The position numbers and the translations under genes were made by a program. From Caldisphaera sp. (GTDB taxonomy: Archaea > Thermoproteota > Thermoprotei_A > Sulfolobales > Acidilobaceae), in assembly GCA_049971805.1 (NCBI GenBank), contig JBMFKU010000002.1, positions 63,578 to 127,577 of the forward strand: 64,000 nt of DNA, read 5' to 3'. The notes under the pieces were generated by a model. That model made no database searches. It saw only the letters and a program-made list of their open reading frames with translations, and was not told the DNA's origin. Below, piece by piece: positions 10,052-20,076 of this stretch. Positions within the stretch are counted from its first letter, which is position 1. Each line of letters starts with the position of its first letter.

Positions 10052-11235
10052 AATTTAACCTTGAGTTTAAAGGTTTTGAAAGATATAATGGAAGGCCTGG
10101 TGCTAGAAATTATGTATTAATACTTCCAACAGTTTCATGCAGTCTAGGGCTTAGCGAAGTTGCTTTAAAGAAAATAGCAGAGGAAATAGGGGAGAAAAAA
10201 GTTAAGCTCCTTAAAAACTTACATGGTTGCGGGCAAGTAGGAGAAGACCTTGAACAAACAACTAGAACTTTAACTAATACTGCTTTAAATCCTAACGTCT
10301 ACTCAACTATAGTTGTAAGCCTTGGATGTGAAAGTGTTGATGCTGAAAAAGTTGCTGATAGTATATCAGCAACAAAACCGACAGAATTGATAAGAATTCA
10401 AGATCTTGGTTACTCTAAGGCTTTAGATAAAATAAAAGAATTAGCCAAAAAATTTTCTTCGGAAGCATCATTGGTTAAAAAATCCAGCTTTGATGCTAGC
10501 CAATTGGTTGTTGGCCTCGAATGTGGTGGATCAGACTTTACTAGCGGAATTGTTTCGAATCCTCTTGTTGGAAGGATTTCAGATATGATAGTTTCATTAG
10601 GAGGATCGACAATCATAAGCGAAGTTCCTGAATTCATTGGGGCTGAGCACATTTATGCAAAAAGGGCCATTAATGATAATATAAGAAAACAGGCAATTGA
10701 TACTGTTAGATCTTTTGAGGAATGGCTTAAAAGGGAAGCTAATGTAGACTTTAGAGGAGCTCAACCATCACCAGGAAATATTGCTGGAGGGTTAACAACT
10801 ATAGAAGAAAAATCATTAGGCGCAATAAAGAAGTCCGGTTCTTCTCCTGTTTCAGGTGTGCTTAAATATGCAGAGAGACTTGGAGAAAGAAATGGTCATT
10901 ATCTTATGATAACTCCTGGATATGATATTGTATCAGTATCAGGCATGGTTGCGGGAGGAGCGCAAATTGTTTTATTCACAACCGGAAGAGGTACTCCGAC
11001 GGGTCATGCGATTGCTCCAGTTATAAAGATTACAGCCAATGCCGATACATATAAAATCATGCAAGAATTTATAGATTACGATGTAAGTCCAATACTTAAT
11101 GGAAATAAAACATTTGAAAATGCCACTCAAGAACTTTTAAAGATTATAAGTAAAACAGCAAGTGGAGAGCTAACTAAAGCTGAAATCTTAAATCAAGATG
11201 ACTTTGGTATTTTTAGAATTGGGCCTACTTTTTAA
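10048..11235 (+). CDS. UxaA/GarD/SuyB-family dehydratase large subunit
   Basis: HGCG, LGCE, ECGGSD, PSPGNIAGGLTTIEEKSLG, FTTGRG. Confidence 0.9.
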   Translation: MKFNLEFKGFERYNGRPGARNYVLILPTVSCSLGLSEVALKKIAEEIGEKKVKLLKNLHGCGQVGEDLEQTTRTLTNTALNPNVYSTIVVSLGCESVDAEKVADSISATKPTELIRIQDLGYSKALDKIKELAKKFSSEASLVKKSSFDASQLVVGLECGGSDFTSGIVSNPLVGRISDMIVSLGGSTIISEVPEFIGAEHIYAKRAINDNIRKQAIDTVRSFEEWLKREANVDFRGAQPSPGNIAGGLTTIEEKSLGAIKKSGSSPVSGVLKYAERLGERNGHYLMITPGYDIVSVSGMVAGGAQIVLFTTGRGTPTGHAIAPVIKITANADTYKIMQEFIDYDVSPILNGNKTFENATQELLKIISKTASGELTKAEILNQDDFGIFRIGPTF

Positions 11236-11383
11236 ATAATAAAACTATTTATAAACCAAGAAATAAAAATAATAAGTTAAATAGCTTGTTACTTAATGGA
11301 TTTAATATTTAATATACTTTTAAATAACCCATAATGATAAACTTGTAAATCTACATCGCATATAGTATATTCGAGTGGACATA

Positions 11384-11581
11384 TTGGGTAATTATATAAG
11401 GTCTCCACAAAAGTAAGAAAAGAATAGGTAGAAAAAGTGAAAAACTTGGTATTAATATCTATGAATTCTTGAGAGAAAAAATTAAAGAAGAAGTAGAAAG
11501 AAGAGAGCTTGAACTCTTATCTAAAAGACTTAACGACCTTGAAGATGTTCTAAATAAAATAGATATTGAAGATATAGTTAA
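11384..11581 (+). pseudogene. Degraded CcdA/VapB-like antitoxin, cut at the IS remnant
   Basis: Fragments VSTKVRKE*VEK..LGINIS..FLREKLKEEVERRELELLSKRL..IDIEDIV with a stop and frameshifts. Confidence 0.55.
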
Positions 11582-11935
11582 CTGACATTCTCTCCAACCT
11601 AAAGGGTGAGGGTTCCTTAGGGCGATTCATTGGTTTGTGATTTACTGCCTTCATTTTTATCATTTCATAGCTAGTAGTTGTATGAAACACATACCCCGCT
11701 TTGTTTATCCAGCGATAGACTACTAGCTGTGCCTTCAGCTCGTTAATCCTATCTCTTATGAGCTATCGAGAGGCCTCGTTACCTTCTTATTCTCTTCGTC
11801 TCCTGCTACTCGTACTTCCTTCAGTCCCTTTCTTTTTTAGGCCTGCTTTCGATTTACTCCCTCTGTATATGCTTATCTATCTTTTTCAGTGTGTTGCCTA
11901 TGTCTAGTCCTCTCATCACTAGATACTCCATTACT
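11582..11935 (-). mobile_element. IS200/IS605-family tnpB 3' remnant with right end (omega-RNA region)
   Basis: Minus strand reads VVYRWINKAGYVFHTTSYEMIKMKAVNHKPMNRP, then hairpin CTCACCCTTTAGGTTGGAG and terminal GTCAG; resembles crenarchaeal tnpB tails (from recall). Confidence 0.75.
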
Positions 11936-12136
11936 AATAAAGAATATTTAGCAATGCATGGAAAAATTTTAATAATTTGATAAATAATATGTGGCATTAA
12001 GCATTATATAGAGAATTTTTCTGGGAGAATATAATATAGCGCAAAGGCTATTAAAACTCGTCCAACAGCCAGAAAGGACTACATGCATCAGTACTTATAT
12101 AATAGTAATGTTATCTATTTAACTTGGTGAAGAAAT

Positions 12137-12850
12137 TTGCCAGGAGAAATTCCACTCATAGGTGAAAAGCTCCCTACGCTTAAGGTAAACACCACACATG
12201 GTCCAAAAACTCTACCAGATGACTACGCTGGAAAGTGGCTCGTACTCTTTAGCCATCCAGGAGACTTCACGCCAGTCTGCACAACAGAGTTCTATGCATT
12301 TGCTTGGAGATTCAATGACTTTAAAGCACTTAATGCAGAACTACTCGGCCTTAGCGTCGACACAGTGCCATCGCACATACAGTGGATCAGATGGATAAAG
12401 GAGAATTTGAAAATCGAAATTCCTTTCCCCATAATTGCCGATCCCATGGGAACTGTGTCTAAGCAGCTAGGTATGATACAAGCCCAATCTGCAGCAAATA
12501 CCGTCAGGGCAGTCTTCATAATAGATCCTCAAGGTATCATAAGAACCATTATTTATTACCCACTTGAACTCGGGAGGAACATAGACGAGATATTGAGAGC
12601 AATCAAGGGACTCCAAGTAATAGACAGAGAGAAAGTAGCATTACCCGCCAACTGGCCAAACAGTGAGGTAGTTGGGGAGAATGCAATTGTCCCTACTGCG
12701 AAGACCCTTCAGGAGGCAGATGAGAGGCTGAAGCATTACAAAGGATTTGATTGGTGGTTAGCATACAGACCTGTCCCACCAGAAGATGTCGAGGTTGCTA
12801 GAAAGTACTTAGAGAGGGCCTCTAAAAAGCCTACTCCGCTCTCCAAGTAA
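12137..12850 (+). CDS. Peroxiredoxin (archaeal Prx6/1-Cys type)
   Basis: [28 protein letters not shown]. Confidence 0.95.
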   Translation: MPGEIPLIGEKLPTLKVNTTHGPKTLPDDYAGKWLVLFSHPGDFTPVCTTEFYAFAWRFNDFKALNAELLGLSVDTVPSHIQWIRWIKENLKIEIPFPIIADPMGTVSKQLGMIQAQSAANTVRAVFIIDPQGIIRTIIYYPLELGRNIDEILRAIKGLQVIDREKVALPANWPNSEVVGENAIVPTAKTLQEADERLKHYKGFDWWLAYRPVPPEDVEVARKYLERASKKPTPLSK

Positions 12851-12906
12851 GCGTTAAGCATCCATATCATATTTTTTTAAATCATATTAGTTCCAATAAG
12901 CTAGAG

Positions 12907-13203
12907 CTAATGATCGCATGTTGCATAGTTCTTGGGGGGTAAACTAAAAATTGTTGTATAATCAGCATAATCCTTCCCTTTTATACATATTTCTATTGAG
13001 AATTCATCTATTCTTTTTGGATTTAAAAGAAACACTCTAATTTCATTTATTACTTTCCTCAGCCGCTTATCACGGATCTTTAAGTTATCTTCAAAATACT
13101 CACTAATATCTTCGCCATTCTTTTCTTCTTTTTTATTAACATTAATTATTTCCTTTTCTATTTCTTCTATGAGTTCTCTCTCCTCTCATAAATTGGGAAC
13201 CAT
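12907..13203 (-). pseudogene. Interrupted small acidic ORF of unknown function
   Basis: GGTG-ATG start, TGA at codon 6, then an open frame (EERELIEEIEKE...) to TAG. Confidence 0.35.
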
Positions 13204-13267
13204 CACCAGTTTATATGAGTCTAAAAATTAGTGTTCAAAAGTTTATATGAAATTTATGATATTATGA

Positions 13268-13362
13268 AGCCGCCGGCGGGACTTGAACCCGCGACCACTG
13301 GCTTACAAGGCCAGCGCTATCGGCTCCCACGCAGGGAATCTACCGGTCTGAGCTACGGCGGC
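13268..13362 (-). tRNA. tRNA-Thr(TGT) with 21-nt D-arm intron (13319-13339)
   Basis: Anticodon arm CTGGC-CTTGTAA-GCCAG; insert ATTCCCTGCGTGGGAGCCGAT forms a BHB. Confidence 0.93.
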
Positions 13363-13439
13363 TCCCACATATTTCGATAAAATTGGGGTTTTTAGTATTT
13401 TTCTCTGGATAACATTAAAAAGTAAGCTGGTGGAAAAAT

Positions 13440-14462
13440 TTGCCAAAAAAATACTATGCAATGCTATCTGGGCTTCACCCAACACTTCCATTAGAAGAGT
13501 TAACAGCATTGCTTGAATCGACTAATTCCCAAGGAATCATCAAATATAATTATGATGGAGTTTCTATAATAGAAGGAAAAATAGATGCAAATTCTATTAT
13601 TGCTAGGTCAGGATATATAAAGGAAATTGGAGAATTATTAGATATCTATGAAATAAATCAAATAGACTATGAAAGCATTAGAGAAAAAATCAAACAGATG
13701 GGGATTAAAGATGCAAGAATAAAGGCAGCTAGATATAAAGGATACTCTAATTTTATAAAAAGTCAAGAAATTGAAATAAAATTAGCTAGAGAAATTGAAA
13801 AAATTGGTATAAATGCGTCAACGAAATCGAACAATTTAATAAAAGTTATAATAACAGAGGGCGTCGCTATTGTTGGTTTGACTTTGAGCAAACAGATAAA
13901 CAATTTTAAAATAAATGCAGAAAAAAGACCGTTTAAAAGAGCAGGCCAAATTGATCAACAGCTAGCAAGGGTAATGGTTAACTTATCCAGATTAAAAGAA
14001 AATAATATTTTTTTGGATCCATTTTGTGGAACAGGCAGTTTATCACTAGAAGCATGCTTATTAAACTCGATAAAAATATTTTGCTTTGACTTAGATCCGG
14101 AAATGATATATGGTTCTAAATTAAATTTAACAAATATAAATTGCTGTAAATTTTCTCTAGTAGCTAGACATGATATAAGAAGTATCCCATTAAAAGATGA
14201 ATCAATAGATTCTATAGCAACAGATCCTCCGTATGGAAGAGCAACGTCAACAAAGAAAAGGGGATATGAAAACATTGTAATATCTTTTCTAGAGGAAAGC
14301 ATGAGAATTTTGAAAAAAGGTTCCTATCTAGTTTATGCAGGACCATCTAGCGAGGAACCATATAAATATGTAATTGATTTAGGTTTTAAGTTAATTGGAT
14401 TTCATGATATGTTTGTGCATTCAGGCTTAAACAGAGAAATAGTTATAGCTAGAAAGATTTAA
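13440..14462 (+). CDS. THUMP-domain tRNA m2G10 methyltransferase (Trm11/TrmG10)
   Basis: LARVMVNLS, LDPFCGTG, IATDPPYGR, MFVHSGLNR. Confidence 0.88.
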   Translation: MPKKYYAMLSGLHPTLPLEELTALLESTNSQGIIKYNYDGVSIIEGKIDANSIIARSGYIKEIGELLDIYEINQIDYESIREKIKQMGIKDARIKAARYKGYSNFIKSQEIEIKLAREIEKIGINASTKSNNLIKVIITEGVAIVGLTLSKQINNFKINAEKRPFKRAGQIDQQLARVMVNLSRLKENNIFLDPFCGTGSLSLEACLLNSIKIFCFDLDPEMIYGSKLNLTNINCCKFSLVARHDIRSIPLKDESIDSIATDPPYGRATSTKKRGYENIVISFLEESMRILKKGSYLVYAGPSSEEPYKYVIDLGFKLIGFHDMFVHSGLNREIVIARKI

Positions 14463-14511
14463 TAACGTTATTTCTAAAAAAGTAATTGATTTAATAATAG
14501 AGGGATATGAG

Positions 14512-14898
14512 ATGTTAAAGACATATAAATCAAAATATAATTTTAATGAATTAAAAATAAAGTTGGAAAGCCAAATAATAAAGAGGGATATGAACATTTT
14601 TTCTCGTATAAACCATTCTGAAAATGCTGAAAGTGTGGGCATGAAATTAAATAGGTCTATATTATTTATATTTGGTAATCCAAGAAACGGCACACTATTA
14701 ATTAGAAACGATATGAGAATAGGACTATATTTACCATTAAAAATTTTGATATGGGAGGATGATAATAAAAACCCATTTATTACCTATGAGCCCATAGGTG
14801 ATGTAATCTCAAAATTTAATTTGAAGGAAAACAAAGATTTATTAATTAAAATGGACAATTTATTGGAAACTATAGTTAATGAATTAGCAGAAAAATAA
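14512..14898 (+). CDS. DUF302 family protein
   Basis: INHS..., FGNPRNGT...IGLYLPLKILIWE. Confidence 0.85.
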   Translation: MLKTYKSKYNFNELKIKLESQIIKRDMNIFSRINHSENAESVGMKLNRSILFIFGNPRNGTLLIRNDMRIGLYLPLKILIWEDDNKNPFITYEPIGDVISKFNLKENKDLLIKMDNLLETIVNELAEK

Positions 14899-14899
14899 T

Positions 14900-15520
14900 T
14901 TATGATAATACTTTTTTAGATTTTATTATGAGCTTGTCTTCTTTATGGTCCCAATCAGTCTCATAAATTATTGGTTGTCCTGTTGGTATTTCAACTGTTG
15001 GTATTATATCTTCTGGTATATTCTCCAAAAACATTACAATAGATCTCAAACTGTTACCGTGAGCAACTACTAAGACATTTTTACCCTTTTTAAGATCAAG
15101 CATTATAGTATTTTTAAAAAATGGAACAGTTCTTTTTTGAGTTACCTCTAAACTTTCTCCATTTGGCGGGGATACTTTATAGCTTCTTCTCCATAATTTT
15201 ACTTGCTCTTCTCCATAAATCTTAGCTGTTTCCTCTTTATTTAAACCCTGCAAATCGCCGTAGTGCCTTTCGTTTAGATGCCAATCTTTTATTATTGGTA
15301 TTCTAGCACCCATTGCAGTTAAAGTTAGCTCTAATGTCTCTATAGCTCTTTGCAAAACACTTGTATATGCTACATCAAATTTATAATCTTTTAGCAATAA
15401 ACCTGCTTTTAAAGCTTCTTGCCTACCCTTATCTGTTAAAGGTACATCAACCCACCCAGTAAATCTATTTTCCTCGTTCCATAAAGATTCTCCATGTCTT
15501 AATAAACATAATATTGCCAT
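14900..15520 (-). CDS. gpmA: 2,3-bisphosphoglycerate-dependent phosphoglycerate mutase
   Basis: LRHGES, RFTGWVDV, LNERHYGDLQGLNK, AHGNSLR. Confidence 0.95.
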   Translation of the reverse strand: MAILCLLRHGESLWNEENRFTGWVDVPLTDKGRQEALKAGLLLKDYKFDVAYTSVLQRAIETLELTLTAMGARIPIIKDWHLNERHYGDLQGLNKEETAKIYGEEQVKLWRRSYKVSPPNGESLEVTQKRTVPFFKNTIMLDLKKGKNVLVVAHGNSLRSIVMFLENIPEDIIPTVEIPTGQPIIYETDWDHKEDKLIIKSKKVLS

Positions 15521-15604
15521 TCTAGCTCGCCCACAAATTTTTAATTAAAACCCAAAAATATAAACTGTTGTTTGCTGTTAGTACTGGGCACTCTGAGCAT
15601 TCCG

Positions 15605-16025
15605 CTGATCTTAAGAGATAATATAGGTTACTCAAGCAGCTTATGAAATCTCTAATTTCACATAATATTTATAGAAGTTAAATGCATCATGCAGAGCTTA
15701 CCTAGTTTTGACTAATAAAGTAAAGACAAACTTCGCCTTTCTGAGCAAAGCTCTTAATATTACTAAATAAAATAAACGAAAACCATTAAATGATATGTAT
15801 ACCAATAACTAACTTCCTTATATTGGAGTAAAGCCGGCTCCCGCTACTCATCAATAATAAGTTGACCTGAGAGACATTTTAATCCTCCTTCTCCTTTCTT
15901 TTTCCATATCTTATTTGTCAACAAGATATTGCTTATTTCATATCGAGAAGCATATTACATTTAATGGCTTTTTTTATTTTATCTTAAAAGACATTAAAAG
16001 CTTTACTCGCCATTAATAGCTAATA
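15605..16025 (-). mobile_element. Degenerate internally deleted IS200/IS605 (tnpB-type) element
   Basis: Minus strand: left-end-like GCTATTAATGGCGAGTAAAGCTTTTAA, then GGAGGATTAAAATG-TCTCTCAGGTCAAC...GATGAGTAGCGGGAGCC (homologous to 62500-62570), ending AGATCAG. Confidence 0.65.
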
Positions 16026-16147
16026 TTGTTTATAATCTATCATATATATTATAAATATTTGCATGTATACACATATACTATAAATACAAATATTATGAAT
16101 AATCCGCTTAAATTAGCTTACTAATTAAAAAATTGAAGGTGTAGGTA

Positions 16148-17350
16148 TTGAAAGAAGAAAGTCAATATAGCATAGATAATGTTATATTATATTCTATCAC
16201 ATTTAGAGATTCATGCTTTGATGATATAGGAAAGGTAGGAGAATTAAAAGAAAAGCTATATAACTATTTATACTCATTAGTTAATGGTATTGTTGTTTTA
16301 TCAACATGCAACAGGTTTGAAGTTTATCTAGATTTATATAATGAAAAAATAGCAAGCGATGAATTATACGATATTGTTGGTCCATACTCTAAGCTTTTTC
16401 ATAAATTACAGGGGAAAGTAGCCATTAAGCATTTATTTAGAGTTTCATCAGGCTTAGAATCAGCAATAATAGGGGAAACAGAAATATTGTCTCAGATAAA
16501 AGAAGCATGGGATGAAGCTAAAGACAGAGGACTAACAAGCAAACTGCTTGATGCAGTTTTTCATCAAAGTATAGTTGTTGGAAAAAGAGTTAGAAGTGAA
16601 ACGGAAATTTCAAAAGGGGTTTTAGGATATCCTCAAGCTTCTGTTGAGATAATTGCAAATAAATTATTAACGTTAAATGGTAAGAGGATAGCAATAATAG
16701 GGGCTGGAAAAGCTGCAAAAGCTATGGTTGATCTAATATGCAATAAATGGAATCCAGAAGAGATAACTATAGCAAATAGAAGTTTAGAAAATGCTAACAA
16801 ATTAAAGAATGATAGGTGTAAATTTAATGTTATTGGGTTGAATGAAATTATAAATAAAGAGTTTGATGTAGTTCTAATCGCAATAAAAGGCGGGCCCTTG
16901 ATTTTTTTAGATAAGATAGCAACAAAAAATTCCTTTATAGTTGATATCTCTACTCCTCAGGCTTTGTATTATAAAAAACCCACCTTCACAATTGATGATA
17001 TACAAAATTATGTTAGTGAAAATTATTATAATAGAGTAAAGCAAATTCCTTTTGTTGAAAAAATTATCGAAGAAGAAATGCTTAAATTTGATGAATATTT
17101 ATTAAAAAGGAGAATAGATGAAGATATTTCATGCATAATGAAAAATCTAGATGAATTAATTAAAAAAGAAATAGAGCAAACAAAGAAAAATATAGAGAAA
17201 GGCATTCCGGTGGAAGAAGCTTTAAAAATAGCATTTCAAAGCTACACTAAAAAATCGTTAAAACCTATGTTTGATTTATTGCATGAAAATTATAATAATG
17301 AAACATCAAAGCTTATTTTAGATTATTACAAAAAAAGAGCTTGGAGGTAA
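16148..17350 (+). CDS. hemA: Glutamyl-tRNA reductase
   Basis: LSTCNRFE, HLFRVSSGLES, GETEILSQIK, IGAG, NRS. Confidence 0.95.
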   Translation: MKEESQYSIDNVILYSITFRDSCFDDIGKVGELKEKLYNYLYSLVNGIVVLSTCNRFEVYLDLYNEKIASDELYDIVGPYSKLFHKLQGKVAIKHLFRVSSGLESAIIGETEILSQIKEAWDEAKDRGLTSKLLDAVFHQSIVVGKRVRSETEISKGVLGYPQASVEIIANKLLTLNGKRIAIIGAGKAAKAMVDLICNKWNPEEITIANRSLENANKLKNDRCKFNVIGLNEIINKEFDVVLIAIKGGPLIFLDKIATKNSFIVDISTPQALYYKKPTFTIDDIQNYVSENYYNRVKQIPFVEKIIEEEMLKFDEYLLKRRIDEDISCIMKNLDELIKKEIEQTKKNIEKGIPVEEALKIAFQSYTKKSLKPMFDLLHENYNNETSKLILDYYKKRAWR

Positions 17351-17355
17351 AAAAG

Positions 17356-18372
17356 ATGGACTCTTTTCCAAGAATTAGGCCTAGACGTTTGAGATCTATC
17401 AGATACTTGAGGGATTTAATATCTGAAACTACGCTTGATCTATCAAAATTAATATTACCTATTTTTGTTAGCGAGACTATAAATAAGCCAATAGGGACTG
17501 AGGGATTGGAAGGGCATTTAACTTATCCTCCAGACTCGAAAGAACTAATAGAATATCTAACAAGTTCCATGGAATTAGGGGTACATTCATTTCTTTTATT
17601 TGGTGTTCCTAAAATAAAAGATGAGGATGGCTCTAGGGCCTATGCACAAGATGGGCCTGTTCAAGTCGCTATTAGAAATATTAGAAAGGAAATAGGTTGG
17701 GATCCGATAATATTTACTGACCTATGTATATGTGAATATACAAGTCATGGGCATTGCGGGTTGCCTTTAAACACAAGAAAAGGTACTGTGATAGATAACG
17801 ATTCCACATTAAAGGTTTATCAAAAGATAGCTATTTCTCAGGCACAATCTGGAGCAGATTTTATTTCTCCATCAGGAATGATGGATGGTCAAGTAAAGGC
17901 TATTAGAGAGGCATTAGATGATTCAGGATTTAACGATGTAGGAATAATGGCGTACTCAGCAAAATATGCAAGCTCTTTATATGGTCCTTTTAGATTAGCT
18001 GTTGATTCAACACCAAGGTTTGGAAATAGGAAAAGCTATCAGATGGATCCAAGAAATGCAAAAGAAGCTATAAAAGAAGTTAAATTAGATATAGAAGAAG
18101 GTGCAGATATTGTTATGGTAAAACCAGCTTTATTTTATCTTGATGTAATTCGTTTAATTAAAGATTATTTTCCAGAGATACCATTAGCAGCCTATAATGT
18201 GAGCGGTGAATATGAAATGATAAGGACTGCTATAGCTAATAAATTGTTGGATGAAACACAATCTATAATTGAAGCATTAATATCAATAAAAAGAGCTGGA
18301 GCTGATATGATAATAACTTATTTTGCATTAGATGCAGCAAAGATATTAAATTCCAAAAAAGGCATATTTTAA
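17356..18372 (+). CDS. hemB: Porphobilinogen synthase
   Basis: DLCICEYTSHGHCG, PSGMMDG, YGPFR, MVKPA, AYNVSGEY; ATG at 17356 follows GGAGG. Confidence 0.97.
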   Translation: MDSFPRIRPRRLRSIRYLRDLISETTLDLSKLILPIFVSETINKPIGTEGLEGHLTYPPDSKELIEYLTSSMELGVHSFLLFGVPKIKDEDGSRAYAQDGPVQVAIRNIRKEIGWDPIIFTDLCICEYTSHGHCGLPLNTRKGTVIDNDSTLKVYQKIAISQAQSGADFISPSGMMDGQVKAIREALDDSGFNDVGIMAYSAKYASSLYGPFRLAVDSTPRFGNRKSYQMDPRNAKEAIKEVKLDIEEGADIVMVKPALFYLDVIRLIKDYFPEIPLAAYNVSGEYEMIRTAIANKLLDETQSIIEALISIKRAGADMIITYFALDAAKILNSKKGIF

Positions 18373-18461
18373 TTGAGCTTATTCTTAATTTATATTTATT
18401 GCTTTATTTTATAATTCAGGGGAGTAATATTTTGAAAAGGGCGTATATAGAGTAAAGAATA

Positions 18462-18537
18462 GGGCCCGTAGCCCAGCCAGGAATAAGGCGCCGGCCTGCG
18501 GAGCCGGAGATCCCGGGTTCAAATCCCGGCGGGCCCT
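18462..18537 (+). tRNA. tRNA-Arg(GCG)
   Basis: GGGCCCG acceptor, anticodon arm CCGGC-CTGCGGA-GCCGG, GGTTCAAATCC. Confidence 0.95.
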
Positions 18538-18660
18538 TGCTAAGTTAGTATAGGATTATGACATTTTTTTAATGTCTATCTCACCTTTGCAATAGAGGCT
18601 TAGAATTTAAATTATTTTACAATAAAATTTAGAATTTAAAACAAATTTTAAAAACAATAA

Positions 18661-19302
18661 TTATAATTGCTTTCCTATCAATTTAGCTATGTAATTAGGA
18701 ATATTTTCATTATCAATTGGTTTCTCATATCTGCATTTGATCGTTATTTCTCCAGACCATATATTGTTTTTATTTGTGCTTGATTTATGATTTAATTTAG
18801 GTCCTCCTTCTCTCTTTTTTATGGAAAATTTATCTATGCTTATCTTTATTATAGAAACATTGTTTAAATCATTATCTGAAGGCAAAATACTATTTTCCCA
18901 TCTTTCTGGAACCATTCTATCCATTAAATTTTTAAAGGCTTTTAATTTATCACTATTGTTTTTAACTTCCTCGCTTTTTCCAAAAATAACTACAGAAACA
19001 TAGTTAACTGAATTATCTTTAACCATTTCAGCTAATACTATCCCATTTACCTTGGTCACAGATATAGATACTATCCCATTTACCTTTAAAACATTTACAA
19101 TTCTGCTTTCAGGAGAGCCATGCAGATAAATGTAATTATCATCATTAGAATATAACATTGGAATAACATATGGTACCCCATCATATATGAATCCTACATG
19201 ACATAAAAAGTTTTTGTTTAGAAAATCAATAAGTTCATTTTTATTGTATGATGCTCTCTCTGGATATCTTGTTACTCTAAACTTTATGTTGTTCTCATTA
19301 AT
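18661..19302 (-). CDS. Pyridoxamine 5'-phosphate oxidase-like flavin-binding protein; extends upstream of the track ORF, probable ATT start
   Basis: Frame open to 19302 (RYPERASY...CHVGF...PYVIPMLY...LHGS...SVNYVSVVIFG); AGGGGA RBS before ATT. Confidence 0.8.
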   Translation of the reverse strand: MNENNIKFRVTRYPERASYNKNELIDFLNKNFLCHVGFIYDGVPYVIPMLYSNDDNYIYLHGSPESRIVNVLKVNGIVSISVTKVNGIVLAEMVKDNSVNYVSVVIFGKSEEVKNNSDKLKAFKNLMDRMVPERWENSILPSDNDLNNVSIIKISIDKFSIKKREGGPKLNHKSSTNKNNIWSGEITIKCRYEKPIDNENIPNYIAKLIGKQL

Positions 19303-19571
19303 CTTTTATCCCCTTTTAATTTTAGATTCTAAGTTACTTTAAATAGTTATTTACAATTTTAAGGCCATAGCGATAGTTAAATGTCTAATCATTACTTTAA
19401 TAAATTGCTGTTTTACAGAGTTAAAGTTTACTATTTTTATTAGGAAGTATTTAACTTAAAATTAAAATATACAACTAATCATTAATTAATAAAACCTTAT
19501 GTTTTATATTGTTTAAAACATAAGTGAAATAAAATATAAGCAAGCTTTGTTATTAATTAGCGGGGGATAAA

Positions 19572-20039
19572 ATGCAACAAATGTATAAGTCTATACCGGG
19601 AAGAGGTCTAGTGATATCTTCTATTGCAATTGCAATGTTTTTCGCTATTATTATGATTATCGCAGGTTATTCTGTTAGTACAATACCTAATAAAGATATA
19701 TATAACATAACAATCTCTTATTATAAATTACCCAGCAATATAACTATATCTAATATAAAAAGCATGTTAGTTAATGTGCTCTATGGTTATGGTTTAGTTT
19801 TTTTAATATTGGGATTAATTAGTTTTCCGTTTGTTTATTTACCATTATCTCATGATTTACCAGAAAAGGCAGAAAATCCAGCGTTACTTTTAGGTATAGT
19901 AGAAATTGTAGCAGGTATAGTAACAATCATATATATCATACCAGGTATTTTGATGTTGTTGGCATGGAACCAAATTAAAAAATACAACAGAAATAAAGCC
20001 ATATCATTATCCCTACAGCCTCAAAACAAAACTCTTTAA
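19572..20039 (+). CDS. Hypothetical membrane protein
   Basis: GGGGA RBS; 3-4 hydrophobic segments. Confidence 0.7.
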   Translation: MQQMYKSIPGRGLVISSIAIAMFFAIIMIIAGYSVSTIPNKDIYNITISYYKLPSNITISNIKSMLVNVLYGYGLVFLILGLISFPFVYLPLSHDLPEKAENPALLLGIVEIVAGIVTIIYIIPGILMLLAWNQIKKYNRNKAISLSLQPQNKTL

Positions 20040-20076
20040 ATTAAAGGATTTAAGTAAATATTTTACTTTATAATAT

